Source of the DNA: the human T2T-CHM13v2.0 reference genome, Homo sapiens
NCBI RefSeq assembly: GCF_009914755.1
Contig: NC_060935.1
Reading direction: 5' to 3' (one strand)
DNA length: 64,000 nt
This document shows, in pieces, positions 12,185 through 48,656 of the stretch. Under the pieces are notes generated by a model. That model was given only the letters and a program-made list of their open reading frames with translations, made no database searches and was not told where the DNA came from. The position numbers and the translations under genes were made by a program. Position 1 is the stretch's first letter; each line of letters starts with the position of its first letter.

Positions 12185-17150
<4,966 letters not shown>

Positions 17151-17394
17151 GGCACAAGGCTCTGCATGGCTTTCTGGAGTTCCTGTGACAGCCCAAGACC
17201 CCCAAGGGCCCACTCGCTGACCACAAACTCCCTGTCAAAGGGGCAGCCTCTACTACCCGAGGGAAAAGGCTGCCAGGCTAGACCAGTTCTTGGGCTGTCC
17301 TTGGTAGAGTGGTTTGGCCTATGGGCTACTCTGTCTCTGTGTGGGGGAAGGGATGGCAGCCAGGAGGAATTCACAAAGGCATGAAATGGTCCCT

Positions 17395-17400
17395 TAATCC
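17395..17400 (+). promoter_or_regulatory. MFRP: OTX2/CRX-type TAATCC motif in MFRP proximal promoter
   Basis: TAATCC ~245 nt upstream of the ATG; motif only. Confidence 0.4.
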
Positions 17401-19125
17401 AACTCAGCTGAGGATGCTGAGGTCAAGCCCCTGGCACAGGGTGGCAGTTCTTAAAGGCACAGGCGGTGGCTGAGAACACCCAACAGAGGAAACTAGGTGC
17501 TCTGTGTGGGGATGTGACGAGGGGAGCTCTCCATCCCCATCACCCAAGGCACTGAGTGAGCACTTAGGGGGTCGCTGGGAGGGGAGAGAAGTTGCAGGCA
17601 GAAGGGAGCCTTAGGTGGTCTGAGAAAGAAGCAGGGTGTAGGGGGTGGACAAAGCCAGCTGCCCACCTTTCCTCCCCACCAGGGTGACAGGGGTATTGGC
17701 CAGGCCGGGTCTTTGGAAGGCCCCTGGTAGATCACCGGTGTGACCGGGACAAGAGAGAAGAACATGGCATGAGCAGGGGGACTGGCTGCTCATTCCTGGG
17801 ACCCCTAAGCCCGCAGGAGAAAGGACAGGGAAGGGGGAGAAGGTGCCCAGGTCTTGGGGAGGTTTGCGGTGTAGAGTCTAGCCATTGGGGCTGTTGCACA
17901 GTAGGAAACCTACACCCTGCAAACAAGATTACTTCATGCCTGTTTCTCCATGGGCGAAGTCCTCTTGGAAAATCCCAGCCTAGCCCTGCTGTCCTCAGGG
18001 AGAAAGGAAAGGGATTGGTAATCTGTTTTGTGTTAGCCATGCTTAGGCTGAGAGTTTGGCAGGGAGGGAAGTGGGGAGAGAGCCTCATATTTCTGGCTAC
18101 TATTTGTAGAATGTCTGGGCAAGAGGGCTACATGCAGTTTCTCTCCTTTCATAACTATGAGGTAGCGTCACCATTTTACAAATGCTGGTGCTGGCCTCTG
18201 AGAGGTTATGTCACTTTCCCAAGGTCACACAGCTGGTAAGATACAGAGATGAGAGTTGAGCCTAGGAATGGATAGATCTTAGGCTCACGTTTTCTATGAT
18301 GTACCTCTTTCACCCCACATTGGGGCTGAGGCATGCTGGGGGAGCAGAGGGATCAGAGTGACATGGGGGCAGAGTGAGGAACCCCTTGGGGATGGAAGCA
18401 AAGAGGACAGGCTGCCCTCCTTGCACTCAGGAAAGGAGATGCCTCCACCCACAAGTTGTTCTCCATTCGCCCCTGGAGGGCCTTAGTTTGCTTTTGTCTA
18501 GGGGGTCAAGCTGTTTCCTAGACCCTTGGAAGTCTAATGGTACTTGGTCTTTAGGGAAGAGACTTTTTGGGAGCTGTAGGGACAGGTGCTCTTGGAGAGG
18601 ATCAGACAGTCCCTGACCACAAAGTACTTCTCATTCTGGCTGGATCAAGACAGAGCAGGATTCCTGCCACACTGTGTGTTAAGAGCCTGGCCACAGGGGC
18701 AGCTTCCTGGACAGAGTGGCCCTGCGCTGAGCTTTGAGAATGATGAGCTGGGAGAGCCACGCCCTTGGGTCTGCTCCTCTGAAGCTGCTCGTTCGCTGTG
18801 ATCATTGAGAGAGAGGTTGCTGTGCCGGGGTCTGGCCAGGCACTGGGCTCATGGAGCTGACTGAGACAAGGTGCCCTCGTCTCAAGGAGCCCCTGCTCTG
18901 CTGTGACAGTTCTCAAAGTGGGGCCCGGGGCCTTTTTTTAGAGGACTTGAGAGCTTAGAACTAGGCTCATAATAACACTAAGACATGATGTGCCTTTTTC
19001 ACACTCATTCATGTTTTCCAGACGCTCCGTGACATGTGATATGACATTGGGTTGAATGCTGAAGGAGACGCGAGTCCAGCTGCCTTCTATTAAGCCAGAT
19101 GCTAAAGAGATTTGCACAAATATAA

Positions 19126-19512
<387 letters not shown>

Positions 19513-19642
19513 TAATTTACAGTTTTAGTAGAGATGGGGTCTCACTATGTTGGCCAGGCTGGTCTCAAACTCCTGGACTCAAGTAATCCTCCTACCGCAG
19601 CCTCCCAAAGTGATGGGATTATATGGTTTAAAAAACATTATT

Positions 19643-19923
19643 GGCCAGGCATGGTGGCTCACGCCTGTAATCCCAGCACTTTGGGAGGCCGAGGTGGGCG
19701 GATCATGAGGTCAGGAGATCGAGACCATCCTGGCTAACACGGTGAAACCTGTCTCTACTAAAAGTACAAAACAAATTAGCCGGGCGTGGTGGTGGGCGCC
19801 TGTAGTCCTAGCTCCTTGGGAGGCTAAGGCCCGAGAATGGCATGAACTCGGGAGGCGGAGCTTGCAGTGAGCCGAGGTTGCGCCACTGCACTCCAGCCTG
19901 GGCGACAGAGCGAGACTCCGTCT
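19643..19923 (+). mobile_element. Alu (AluY-like), tail-less
   Basis: gagatcgagaccatcctggctaacacggtg diagnostic. Confidence 0.9.
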
Positions 19924-19961
19924 TACTTTAGCTTGTAAAGCGTTCATTATATTAAAATTTA

Positions 19962-20750
<789 letters not shown>

Positions 20751-21467
20751 TCACTGGACAGAGATGAAAACAGTTTACTGGGCCGTAAGTCTGGAGATTA
20801 AATGCTGGGTAATCCGAAGAAACAATGACTTCCTCTGATGGGGCCAGCAGGAGGACTTCCTGGAAGAGATGAGCCCTTAGTCTAAAGTTTGAGGGTTGAA
20901 AAGGATTTGAATAGGCAGAACTTGGGGGTTGGTTAGGGAATTCCAGGAAGGAGGAGAGGCTTAGCACTGTGGCCTGAGGAGCTTGGTCACAACTGGGTCT
21001 CAGAACTGTTCCTGTGAGTGGGGAGACAACAGAAGGGAGGCCAAGGGGAGGCCTGGAAGACCAGGAAGCTTCTCTCTGCTTTGCTGTTACCCACGGCCAT
21101 CCTCGACTACACCCAGGATGTAGTAGAGGCCGCAGAGTGCCTCTGTGGGCACAGGCACTCCTGCAACTGTCTGCGTTATGAAGGGGTTTCTGGAGGAAAG
21201 GAGGGGAGCCAGGGGCCAGCTCAGGGTTGGGGAGTGGCACACCTAAAACACACTGAGAGTGAAATCCACTGCAGACCCCTCAGCTCATTGCCTCACGTCA
21301 TCCTTATTCCAGCCCCGGTGGCAAGAGGAGGGAGGTAGGTGTTTTCTTCTCATTTTCTGGATGCCACCAAGGCTCCTGAAAGTTAAGTGCCTTTGCCCAA
21401 AGTTGTACAGTTGCCCAGGGGCAGGGCTGGGTTGCAGAGCTGGGGCTGTTGGAGTCCTGGTTTCCAC

Positions 21468-21711
21468 TTTTTTTTGTTTTTGTTTTTGTTTTTTTGAGAC
21501 AGGGTCTTGCTCTGTCACCCAGGCTGGAGTGTGATCACAACTCACTGCAGCCTCCACCTCCCAGGCTCAAGCAATCCTCCTACCTAAGCCTCCCAAGTAC
21601 CTGAGACTACATGTGTGCACCACCATGCTTGACTAATTTTGTAGAGAAGGGATCCCCCTATGTTGCCAGGTCTCGAACTCCTGGGCTCAAGCAATTCTCC
21701 TGCCTCGGCCA
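21468..21711 (-). mobile_element. Alu (AluJ-like)
   Basis: Diverged reverse Alu with (GTTTTT)n tail. Confidence 0.85.
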
Positions 21712-22110
21712 TAGGCTTCCCTAGTCTTTAGAAGCATGAGAGATAGCAGCTCAATCCCATTACTACCTCCAAGAGGCAGATGCCCCCAAATATCAGAAAA
21801 TTGGAAAAGCCAATTCCTTGATTTTGGAATCCCTATTTAACGGGCACTCTGTTTAGTTTGGGCAATGCTATACTTACATACATCAAGTGTATTGTTAAGG
21901 AAGAGAAGATAGAAGCATCCAGAGAGATGAGAGGAATTAAATATTTGCTAAATAGGGACAGTGTTGGTTTAAAAAAAAATTTGCTGAGGATCACCCACCA
22001 TGAGAATCTCAGTGGAGCTTTGATGGTATAGTCCTGGAAATGGGAGTTGAGCGGGGGAAATGGAAGTTTGTTGAGTTGTTGAGTACCTACTATGTGCCAG
22101 ACACCCACCC

Positions 22111-23095
22111 ATCCCATCCCCTCCCCTCCTCTCTCCTCCCCTCCCCTCCCCTCCTCTCTCCTCCTCTGTCCTCCCCTCCCCTCCCCTCCTCTCTCCTCCC
22201 CTCCCCTCCCCTCCTCTCTCCTCCCCTCCCCTCCCCTCCTCTCTCCTCCCCTCCCCTCCCCTCCTCTCTCCTCCCCTCCCCTCCTCTCTCCTCCCCTCCC
22301 CTCCCCTCCTCTCTCCTCCCCTCCCCTCCCCTCCTCTCTCCTCCCCTCCCCTCCCCTCCCCTCCTCTCTCCTCCCCTCCCCTCCCCTCCTCTCTCCTCCC
22401 CTCCCCTCCCCTCTCCTCCCCTCCCCTCCCCTCTCTCCTCCGCTCCGCTCCCCTCTCCTCCACTCCTCTCCCCTCCCTTCCCCTCTCCTCCCCTCCTCTC
22501 CCCTCCCTTCCCCTCTCCTCCCCTCCCCTCCCCTCCTCTCTCCTCCCCTCCCCTCCCCTCTCTCTCCTCCGCTCCCCTCCCCTCTCCTCCGCTCCTCTCC
22601 CCTCCCTTCCCCTCTCCTCCCCTCCTCTCTCCTCCCCTCCCCTCTCCTCCGCTCCTCTCCCCTCCCTTCCCCTCTCCTCCCCTCCTCTCTCCTCCCCTCC
22701 GCTCCCCTCCCCTCTCCTCCGCTCCTCTCCCCTCCCTTCCCCTCTCCTCCCCTCCTCTCTCCTCCCCTCCCCTCTCCTCTGCTCCTCTCCCCTCCCTTCC
22801 CCTCTCCTCCCCTCCTCTCTCCTCCCCTCCCCTCTCCTCCGCTCCCCTCCCCTCTCCTCCACTCCTCTCCCCTCTCCTCCACTCCTCTCCCCTCCCCTCC
22901 TCTCTCCTCCACTCCTCTCCCCTCCTCTCCTCTCTCCTCCCCTCCCCTCTCCTCCCCTCCCCACCCCTCCCCTCCCCTCCTTTCTCCTCCCCTCCCCACG
23001 GCTCCCCTCCCCTCCTTTCTCCTCCCTTGCCGTCCTCTCTCCTCTCCTCTTTCCTTTCTCCCTTTCCTTTCCTCTCTCTCTCCCCTCTTCCTTCG
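22111..23095. repeat. ~1 kb polypyrimidine pentamer repeat (CCCCT/CTCCT/CTCTC)n with 60-bp higher-order unit
   Basis: Almost only C/T on + strand; 60-mer copies at 22581, 22641, 22711, 22771. Confidence 0.95.
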
Positions 23096-23410
23096 TTTTT
23101 TTTTTTTTTTGTGTGTGTGCATGTGTGTGTGTGACAGGTTCTTGTTCTGTCGCTTAGGCTAGAGTGCACTGGTGTGACCACGGTTCACTGCAGCCTCAAC
23201 CTCCTGGTCAATTGATCCTCCCACCTCAGCCTCCCAAGTGGCTGGGACTACAGGTGCATGGTGCTATGTCTGGCTAATTTTTGTACTTTTTGTAGAGACA
23301 GAGTTTTACCATGTTACCCAGGCTGGTTTCAAACTCCTGGGCTAAAGTTATCTGCCCATCTTGGCCTCCCAAAGTGTTGGAATTACAGGCATGAGCCACT
23401 GTGCCTGGCC
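23096..23410 (-). mobile_element. Alu (AluJ-like) with T/(TG)n tail
   Basis: Reverse Alu whose tail runs into the CT repeat. Confidence 0.88.
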
Positions 23411-23940
23411 AGACACTGTTTTTCTTAACTGGCACTCACAACTCTGAATAGGTAATGTTATGCTCAGATTACAGATGAGGAAATTGAGGCTCAGAGAGAT
23501 TAAGTAACTTGCTTGGGCTATGAATGTTAGTCTCTTTCTGCTGCCTCCTGCATCCTGCACAGGTGCTTGTTTCTGCTCGTAGAGCAATGAAGGATGGGGA
23601 CCCTCAGAGGTGTCCAGCTCAGACAGACCTACTAGGGTCCAGGTAGGAGGCAGATCATGGTGGTTTTGCTGTTGGGTATGTGTGAATGTCACACTGCTGT
23701 TTGGCTCAGTTCCTAATAGATGCAGGGTTGGAAAATTTGCTGCAGAAAGTCCTGCAAAATGCTGTCAATTATTCAAACTAAAGACAGAGTACTCAGATGG
23801 AAAGAGAACTGGGTAGGGAGTCAAGATACCCAGGTTCCATCCTGTCTCTGCTTCTGACATGCTATGTGGCCTTGAGCAAGTCTTCTCTAGGGCTCAGTAT
23901 CCTCACTGCCAAATCGAGATCATGGACAAGGTGACCTCTA

Positions 23941-24285
<345 letters not shown>

Positions 24286-25511
24286 TTATAGAAAGAAGTA
24301 AGCATTCTGAGCATTGGTCACTTAAAAAAATTCTATAAACTGGAACCAGGGAACTAGAGTTAAGTTCCGTATCTTGGGACTTGAGCATGTGTTTAGAGGA
24401 AAAGTGACTTAGAATGATTGATAACATGGGAGTGGAGACCTTCAAGATCCACAAGTCCTATCTCAGTAATTTGCAGATGAGGCACGGAGGCCCAGAAAGA
24501 GGGAGGTTCTTGTTCAAGGTCACACAAGAGCAGTTGCAGGGGAAGCCCCTCCCCTAGGGAGAGGCCTGCTGGATCAAGAGCAAACAATGAGGGAAGAGAG
24601 CCAAGTTGCTAGGAGGCAAAGCTTGATGGACAAAAAAACGTGGGGACAGACCTGCGTGTGTTTGTGCTCTGTGTAACACTAGGACCTGTTGCCATGGGGA
24701 TGAGAAAGCACCACAGATTAATTACTGAAGAGCTGGGAGCAAGGGTGGCGGACCTGAGTGGAGCCCCTGCCCTCAATGTCTCCTAGAGTCCATCTGTTCC
24801 CCAGTGGAAGACAGCAAAAATTACAGGGCTGCTTCTACCTCCAGTGAAGAACTAGTCAGAGTACAGCCATTCACTTTGCTACAAGCCTCATGTTTTTATT
24901 TTGAGGGGATCCTGTTTGCCTGCGGCTTGGGGGCAATCATCAGGGTAAGATTTCCAATCACAGCCTGGGTCAGGCCACCCTCAGGGCAGGCCAGGGAAGT
25001 TTGGGTCCCTCAGGGAGAAATTCCAAGTTTTAAGTCACTGTCATTTTCAATCCCTCTTCTTCACTCTTGGGAAATGCTTAGAAAAATGCCCCCACAACTG
25101 TCCCCCTCCATGAGGTGGGTTTGATAGCAGCACACAGGCCTTAAGTGACAGCAGGTGCTTCTGTCTCAGCAAGGATGGAATAGTCAGGCCTTTATTTTTC
25201 AGTGTCTGGAGCAGTGAAGGCAGTGAGGAAGAATCCTGATGAAACACTCCAGGCTCACCTGGTGGAGCCTTCAGCTTCCCTAGTTCTAAGACCAGCAGCA
25301 GAAATGGAAAAGCTGAACAGTGCTAATGAAGAGGTGACACCAAAGGAGACGTGGGTCACCGAGTGCACCAAAGGCATCACCTCTTTTAGGGGTTAAATCT
25401 GAAGTCTTGAGAAAAAGCACTTTAGGGAACAAAGCCTGTAACATAAAGGTAACTGTTTCTAAGTATTAGGTGGTAAAGCTGAGATCTTTGACTTATCAAA
25501 GACTAAGCCCT

Positions 25512-25819
<308 letters not shown>

Positions 25820-26265
25820 GACTAAGCCCTGGTCACTCCACATCCAGGTAATGATACTCTGCTCTAAGAGCAAGTTTTGCTATATTTGACATCTGCTGGA
25901 GAGATGTATTTTATCTTATCATAGGTCTGTGAAAACACCCAAGTGTTTCTTTCTTCATAGAGACAGGGTCTCACTATGTTGCCCAGGCTGGTCTCAAACT
26001 CCTGGCCTTAAGCCATCCTCTCACTTCAACTTCTTGAATTACTGGTGTGAGCCACCATGCCCAGCCCCAAGAGTTTCAACCAAGAATTAAGAGAGTAGCC
26101 CATACCAGCATTAAAAAGTAGACAGTTCATTAAAAAAAAAAATGGACATGTGAAAACCATGTCACATAGGAGAATGTCCTGATTCTTAGGAGATGTATGC
26201 TCAAGTATTTAGAAGTGGTGATATAACACCTCACCTGAAAATGTTTCGGCAGACAGAATAAAGTA

Positions 26266-26502
26266 CAGTTGACCTTTGAACAATGCGGGCTTGAACTGTG
26301 TGGGTCCACTTTCACGTGGATTTTTTCAACCAAATAAGGATAGAAAATACTGCATTTGTAAGATGCAAAACCCACATATATAGAAGGCTGATTTTCATAT
26401 ACGCAGGTTCTGCAGGGGTGACCTTGGGACTTGAATATGGTGCAGATTTTGGTATGTGTGTATCTTGGAACCAATCTCCCTGTGTATACTGGGGGATGGC
26501 TG
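26266..26502. mobile_element. Tigger-family (TcMar) non-autonomous DNA element
   Basis: ta|cagttgacctttgaacaa ... ggatggctg|ta termini with TA flanks. Confidence 0.65.
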
Positions 26503-26762
26503 TATATTTAAATGTGTTTGTAAACAATTGGTGAATCCAGATGAAGAATATAGTGTCCAAAATATGTATTGTTTCAGTTTTTAAAAAATTAAACTTAAAT
26601 GTTCAAACTAAAAAGTGGGTAACTTTTTCCAGAAACTTGGAATTTACAAACTGGTTGAAACAATGAAATAGATGGCCCCTAATATACTAGGAGCCCTTCC
26701 TAGATTCAAACACTCCCAAATCAAGATTCCAACATCTGCCAACTGATTTCTCAAAGCTATTA

Positions 26763-26768
26763 TTTATT
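26763..26768 (-). terminator. USP2: USP2 polyadenylation signal AATAAA
   Basis: tttatt on +, with three upstream UGUA elements (TGTACA at 26770, 26785, 26829). Confidence 0.8.
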
Positions 26769-28364
26769 CTGTACAAGGTTCCACTGTACATTAGACATTC
26801 TTCTACTCTTGCTTACACAGTAAACAAGTGTACACTTGCCCTTGGGCTCAGGTTCACAGGTCTTCTCTGGAGAAGGGTGTCAGGCCAGTAAAACTCAGGG
26901 TGTCTTTCTCTGATGCCTCCTCCTAGGAGCCTGGAATGTGCCAGGCTCCACGGGGCACAAGCCGGGCCCAGCTGTGTGGGTGAACAGCTTTACTCTCCAG
27001 GACAGCACAGAGTTTTATCCAACTATGTAGGGCAAAATTGAGCCCACAGGAAAGAACCATACAACTGAGGCAAGATGTCCCCAAATACCCAGGCTCCAGC
27101 TCCCAGGGCAGGACTGGAGACCAGCGCTAAGAAGAGCTGAGGGGTGGCCTGGGCATCCCTGAGAAACTCGGTCCAAAGGGCCTATTGTCTAGGAGGCTCT
27201 GAGAAGGGGGCGGGGGCAGGAAGGCCAGGGGGAAAGGGATGTTAAGAGAATAAATAAAAGGGAGAGAAGCTCTAGGGACGAGGGGCTTGTGCTATCCTTC
27301 AAACAGCTGGGGAGCAGACCAGGGGTGGGCTAGAGGACGTGGGCGGGAAGAACTTGATGCCCTGTCGGAAGGAATCTACCTGCTTTCTTCTTTGCCTCAC
27401 TGCAATGCACAACGAGCCAGGGCTAAGGGCAGGATCCCTTTCCCAGGCGGGTTTGAACAGAGCACTGGGGAAAAGGGAAGAGGCTGAGGGATATTTCAGG
27501 AGGGGCAGTTACCCCCTGGTCCCCAAATGCTATAAGGCACAATTCTTGGAGGCAACTAAATTCCATTCAAAACATTAAAAAAAAAAAAAAAAAAACCCAA
27601 ACCCCCAAAACAGAAACTTGTTTTAGATCCCAGGTCTACTGTGGCTGTGCTTGGGGCCTGGCCAACGCCCACCTAGCACCACGGAGGGCTAGCATTAGAA
27701 AGTTGTACTTGGAAAAGCAATAAAAGGACCAGTGCAACGTCCCAGCTATGAAGAGGCCTGAAGGAGAGCACTCCAGTCTGAACACTTTAGTTATGGAAAT
27801 TAAAAAAAAAAAGTTGGGCTTTTTAAAAACCAAAACCAGCGTTTTCCAAAGATGTCCCTTCGTCTGTCCCCTGGAGTTAGCAGCGTGAAGAGGGCTCTTG
27901 GCTCATGGCTCTGGACCGGCGAGCCGTGCGGGTGGAGATGGGCGCCGGCTCCTCCGCGGCGCGGGCGTCCAGGCGGTGATGCTCCCAGCGAGCTCCAGAG
28001 GGCGCTGTCCCCTCGGAGGCGCGGGCGCTGCGGCGGGAAGCGGCGCAGCGAGGGTCTTCCCCCCCAAGACACAGTTGTTTCTGACACATAGGAAGACCAC
28101 AAGTTTACAAATGCAAACGCCGAGGGCACGGGGCGATGCTGGCTCCACGTCCAGGCGATCTTCCCTGCCGGGCCACAGCTCAGGAAAGCCCGGCTCCTTG
28201 CTCCAGACCCTGATCAGGCTGCATCCACTCCTGCTCGGCAGCTTCAGGTTTGTTTTTCTCTTGTCAGGTTTGTGTGTTGTTGTTGTTGTTTTGTTTTTGT
28301 CTTTTTAAAAAATTTAGGGAGCGGGGCCACCACGGGGAAGGGAGAAGGGACGTGGCTCCTGGCG

Positions 28365-45008
<16,644 letters not shown>

Positions 45009-46349
45009 CCTTCAGGGTGGCACTCAGTGGGGACTGGGAGCCTCATGGGCTGAAAGACAAGGAGTGTAGTTGTCAGAGGGCCCTGCCAGGTGTCGGGCTC
45101 CCACAGACCTGCTCCCCATCCTCAGCTGGGCCAGAACCTCAGAGCTCCCAGTCCATTTCCACAAGAGGCAGGCTGGCTGCTGAGAAGCACACATGCACGC
45201 AGGTGTGCACAGGAGCTTGCTTGCACCTGTGTGTTCACACCTCGGTGAGAGTGCGAGGGATGAGGTGGCTTTTATATGCCACACAGGAAGTCAGCGCATC
45301 CTGGCCATTCAAAGACTCAAACACGCAAGCAGGGGCTATCTGACCTCCACAGCCCACCAAGCCGTGCAGTCTTCCAGGTCAAATCCCATTGCCTCAGCAT
45401 CTGCAGAAACTCTTGAGCTGGGGGAATGCCACTGACCCCTGGGTTGAGAATGCTGGATATTTCAGGAGTTAAGACCACATCTGTCCCTTCTGACTTATGT
45501 GATGAGCAGGTGTCTTTTTGGAATCCTAGACTGTCTGTGCTGGAATGACCTGAAGATCATTTGGTCAGATCCCCTGTGAGGCCAAGGAGGCTCAGGGGAG
45601 GAAGTAATGGGGTGTGGGTGGGCAGGGGAGGCCGTGAGTGAGCATGCAACAATGAGGGGCCAGAACGTGGTCTCCAGACCCTTTCCCCAGACACCAGCAC
45701 CTGCTGCATGGTCCCACAGTGAGGGACACTCACTTCACTGAGCTAAGCTTCTGTTCTAAGTGGAGTTAGGGCCCTGTGGCCTCCTAAGAGTTCCTCTACC
45801 AACACAGGCTTCCTCTACAAACACAGATCTCAAATTGGTCCTGGCGATGCTTGTGCAAAGGGGGCCCCCTACAGTCCCAAATCTTGCACTGCAGGTGGCA
45901 TTCCCAGTCCTTCCCTGCTCCAGTCCTGCAGCTGGGGAGGGTCTAGTGAAGGAACACAGACACTGCTGAATGTGGAGCTTTGAGAGCCCCAGAGGATCAT
46001 GAATTTTAATCTATCTGTTATACAGATGGGAAAAGTGATGCTTATTTGCCCCCGGCCACACACCAGCAGAGCCAGGACTGGAATCCAGGTCTTTAAAATC
46101 CTGGCCAGTGTTCTTTCTACTTAACCTGGAGTTACCTCCCCCGCATCAGATTTAGGGTCAGTTGGGAACCCCCAGAGGCCTTCCATCACCGTAAACGTGC
46201 AGCCTGTATCCAATGGAGCTGGAGTGGCAGAGGAGCAAGTAGGGTCAGACGCCTTTCCCCGAGGGCATCAGGGGCTCTTGGGGGGCTTTCTAGGGGGATG
46301 GAGCAGAGCCATCCAGGACTCTCAGAGTTGTGGGACTTGCCCTGTGATG

Positions 46350-46490
46350 GACTAGCTGGGTGATTTTGCACTAGTCACGTAACCTCTCTGAGCCCCAACT
46401 TCCTCATCTGTAAATGAGTAAAACCATCATCCTCATAATTCCTACCTCACAGGGCTGTTGTGAGGAATAAATGAGATAACAACACGTGAA
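46350..46490. mobile_element. MIR fragment
   Basis: aacctctctgagcc..tcctcatctgtaaatg..cctacctcacagggctgttgtgaggataaatgag core. Confidence 0.75.
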
Positions 46491-48414
46491 GGGCTCCACA
46501 ATGACAGTGGCTACCATCTCCTCCCCCAGCTACTGCGAGGCAGCATGGCTCCGCCCTCTGAAGGTCTGTGATAATATCAGGGCTGGCTGTCTCCCAGCCT
46601 GGCCAGCCTCTGGCCTCAGCTTGGGATGCCAGGCCTCCCCCTGCAGCCCCCAGCGAGAGAAACAGGCAGTGGGCAGACATCTGGCCACTCAGCAGACACT
46701 GGCTTGGCAACCCAGCCCATTAGGGCAGAGAGGAGCTGGTGCCAAACCCCAAATGCGAGGGCTTGGCAGAAAGCTCTAGAATCCCAGTCCACACAAGGCT
46801 TTGGGGTAGGTACAGGGGTGAGAGATGAGCAGGTGGCTTCCATATAGGCCCGGAACAGCATTCCTTGACCCTGCCTGAGAACTCCAGCAGTTTTCAGTCC
46901 AGGCTGACATCAGAAAGGCCTGGTCCATCTTACTGTCTAGCCTTTTGCCACCTGGCCCAGGGGGCCCCTGGCCCTTCATGTACACTCCTTTGCCCACTGT
47001 GCCCAGCACAACTTTCACCCCTTTCTAGGAAAAGGTAACTGGGGGATGATGTCACACAGCGTTAGAGGGAAACCATAGCGGGAGAGACAGACAGAGGCAC
47101 AGGGTCGGGGTGGGGGCCCAGTCCTGCCCTATTTTGCTTTGGAGAACTCCATCAATAATGCAAAGTCAAAGAGACTCCAGGTCTCAGGAGCTGGGCTCTG
47201 GGACACCAGGCAGCCAATCAGATACAATCCCCCCAACAAGGGTATGAGCTCATGGCTCCTCCCCACAGCTCTCCCTCTCCCTCCCCCACAGTAAGGCTCT
47301 CAGGGAATTGGTATTCTTCGGGCAGCGCCCCAAGCCCGTGACATCCCTTGACCCTGCTGATGACGCAGAAGTGCTGGGGCCAAAGGAGGTCCAGAGGACA
47401 GGGACAGACAGCTCTGAAAGGCTTTGGAGCCGGAGGTGGGGCCACATCTCTGGCCCACAGATTCCCAGGAGGGCTCCCAAATCCCCACTCTCCCTCCCAT
47501 CTGGCAGGTGATTGCCAGACCCCTCTGCCTCCTCCTAGCAGCCCTGGGAGTCATGCCATCACTAATACTCCATGGAAGCTGCCTCTCGGCTCTGACTTCT
47601 AGCTACAGTTCCCATGCCTGCGGAGAGGGTTCCTACTGGGGCCGGGGCCTTCCACATGTCTCTCCCCTCCCGCAACCCCCAGTTTCACTCTCAAAGGTCC
47701 TAGCACCTTCCAGATGAAAGCACAGCCTGGGTTGGTGCCCCTTGGCATTACCTGCACAGCTGTCCCTGGAGGCCACAGAATGCACTATGGGCAGGAGAGC
47801 GGGCTGGGGCCCTGGCCGGAGTCTCGCTGCGCAAGACAGGGACAGGACGGGCACTCACGTGGCTGCGAGTCTCCCTGTTGCCACAGGAACAGCCTGAACT
47901 GAATGGCCCTTTCATGGGGCAGTGGGAGGCAAGCCAATTGGCTGGGATCCCCCATACCCCTCCCTGCCCAGTGCGGGGGGCCCCTGCTGCCCAGCTCCTT
48001 TCACTGTTTACCCAGAGCTGGCAAGTACAGGCATGCAGCTCCAGGCAGCGCCTCTCCAGGTGTCCGCCACCTTGGACAATGGGGGCAGTCCCCTGCCCAG
48101 CTCCTCCTCCTGGCCATCTTCACTGAGGTGTCCTGACCCTTCCTTCTCTGTCAGAGATTCCTGTTGCTTTGCTCAGTTTCCCTCTCCTGGGAGGTGCAGC
48201 AGAGTTCCTCTGCACAGAGGCACTGGGCTTCCTGTCAGGGCATCTGAGCCAAGCAGCTGTCACCCCAGCTGGCTGGTGCTGATCACCTCTGAACCAGGCC
48301 CCAGGCATGTTGAGTACTTCACATGCAGCTTCTGAGTCCATCTTCTCTGCAGTCTCACATCAGCTCTCATCGGCCCTTGCCATGTGACGCATTCTTCTAG
48401 ATGTGCTTCATACA

Positions 48415-48656
48415 CAGAGCACCCCAAAAAGTCTTAGTGCAGGTTTAAGCTGGGATTCTTTCAGACATAAATGTCTCCAACTTACACACCTCTTTGGACA
48501 GATTAAATTATTTAAATTAAAATTTAAAAACATTTTCACAATTAAAAAATAAATATACAAGAAATTTAAATATGGAAACTTTCAAATGAAGTTTTTAGCA
48601 TTCATATTTCTGAAGTTATTAAAGCTTAAAACTGCACTAAGGCTTGGGACACAGTG
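48415..48656. mobile_element. MITE-like DNA element with ~30-bp terminal inverted repeats
   Basis: cttagtgcaggtttaagc vs gcttaaaactgcactaag flanking an AT-rich core. Confidence 0.65.

Noticed and set aside
21833-23181. Five long ORFs (331-429 aa) rich in Gly/Glu/Arg or Pro/Ser/Leu
   Set aside because: Artefacts of a stop-free two-letter repeat; open in nearly all frames, no domain or splice support
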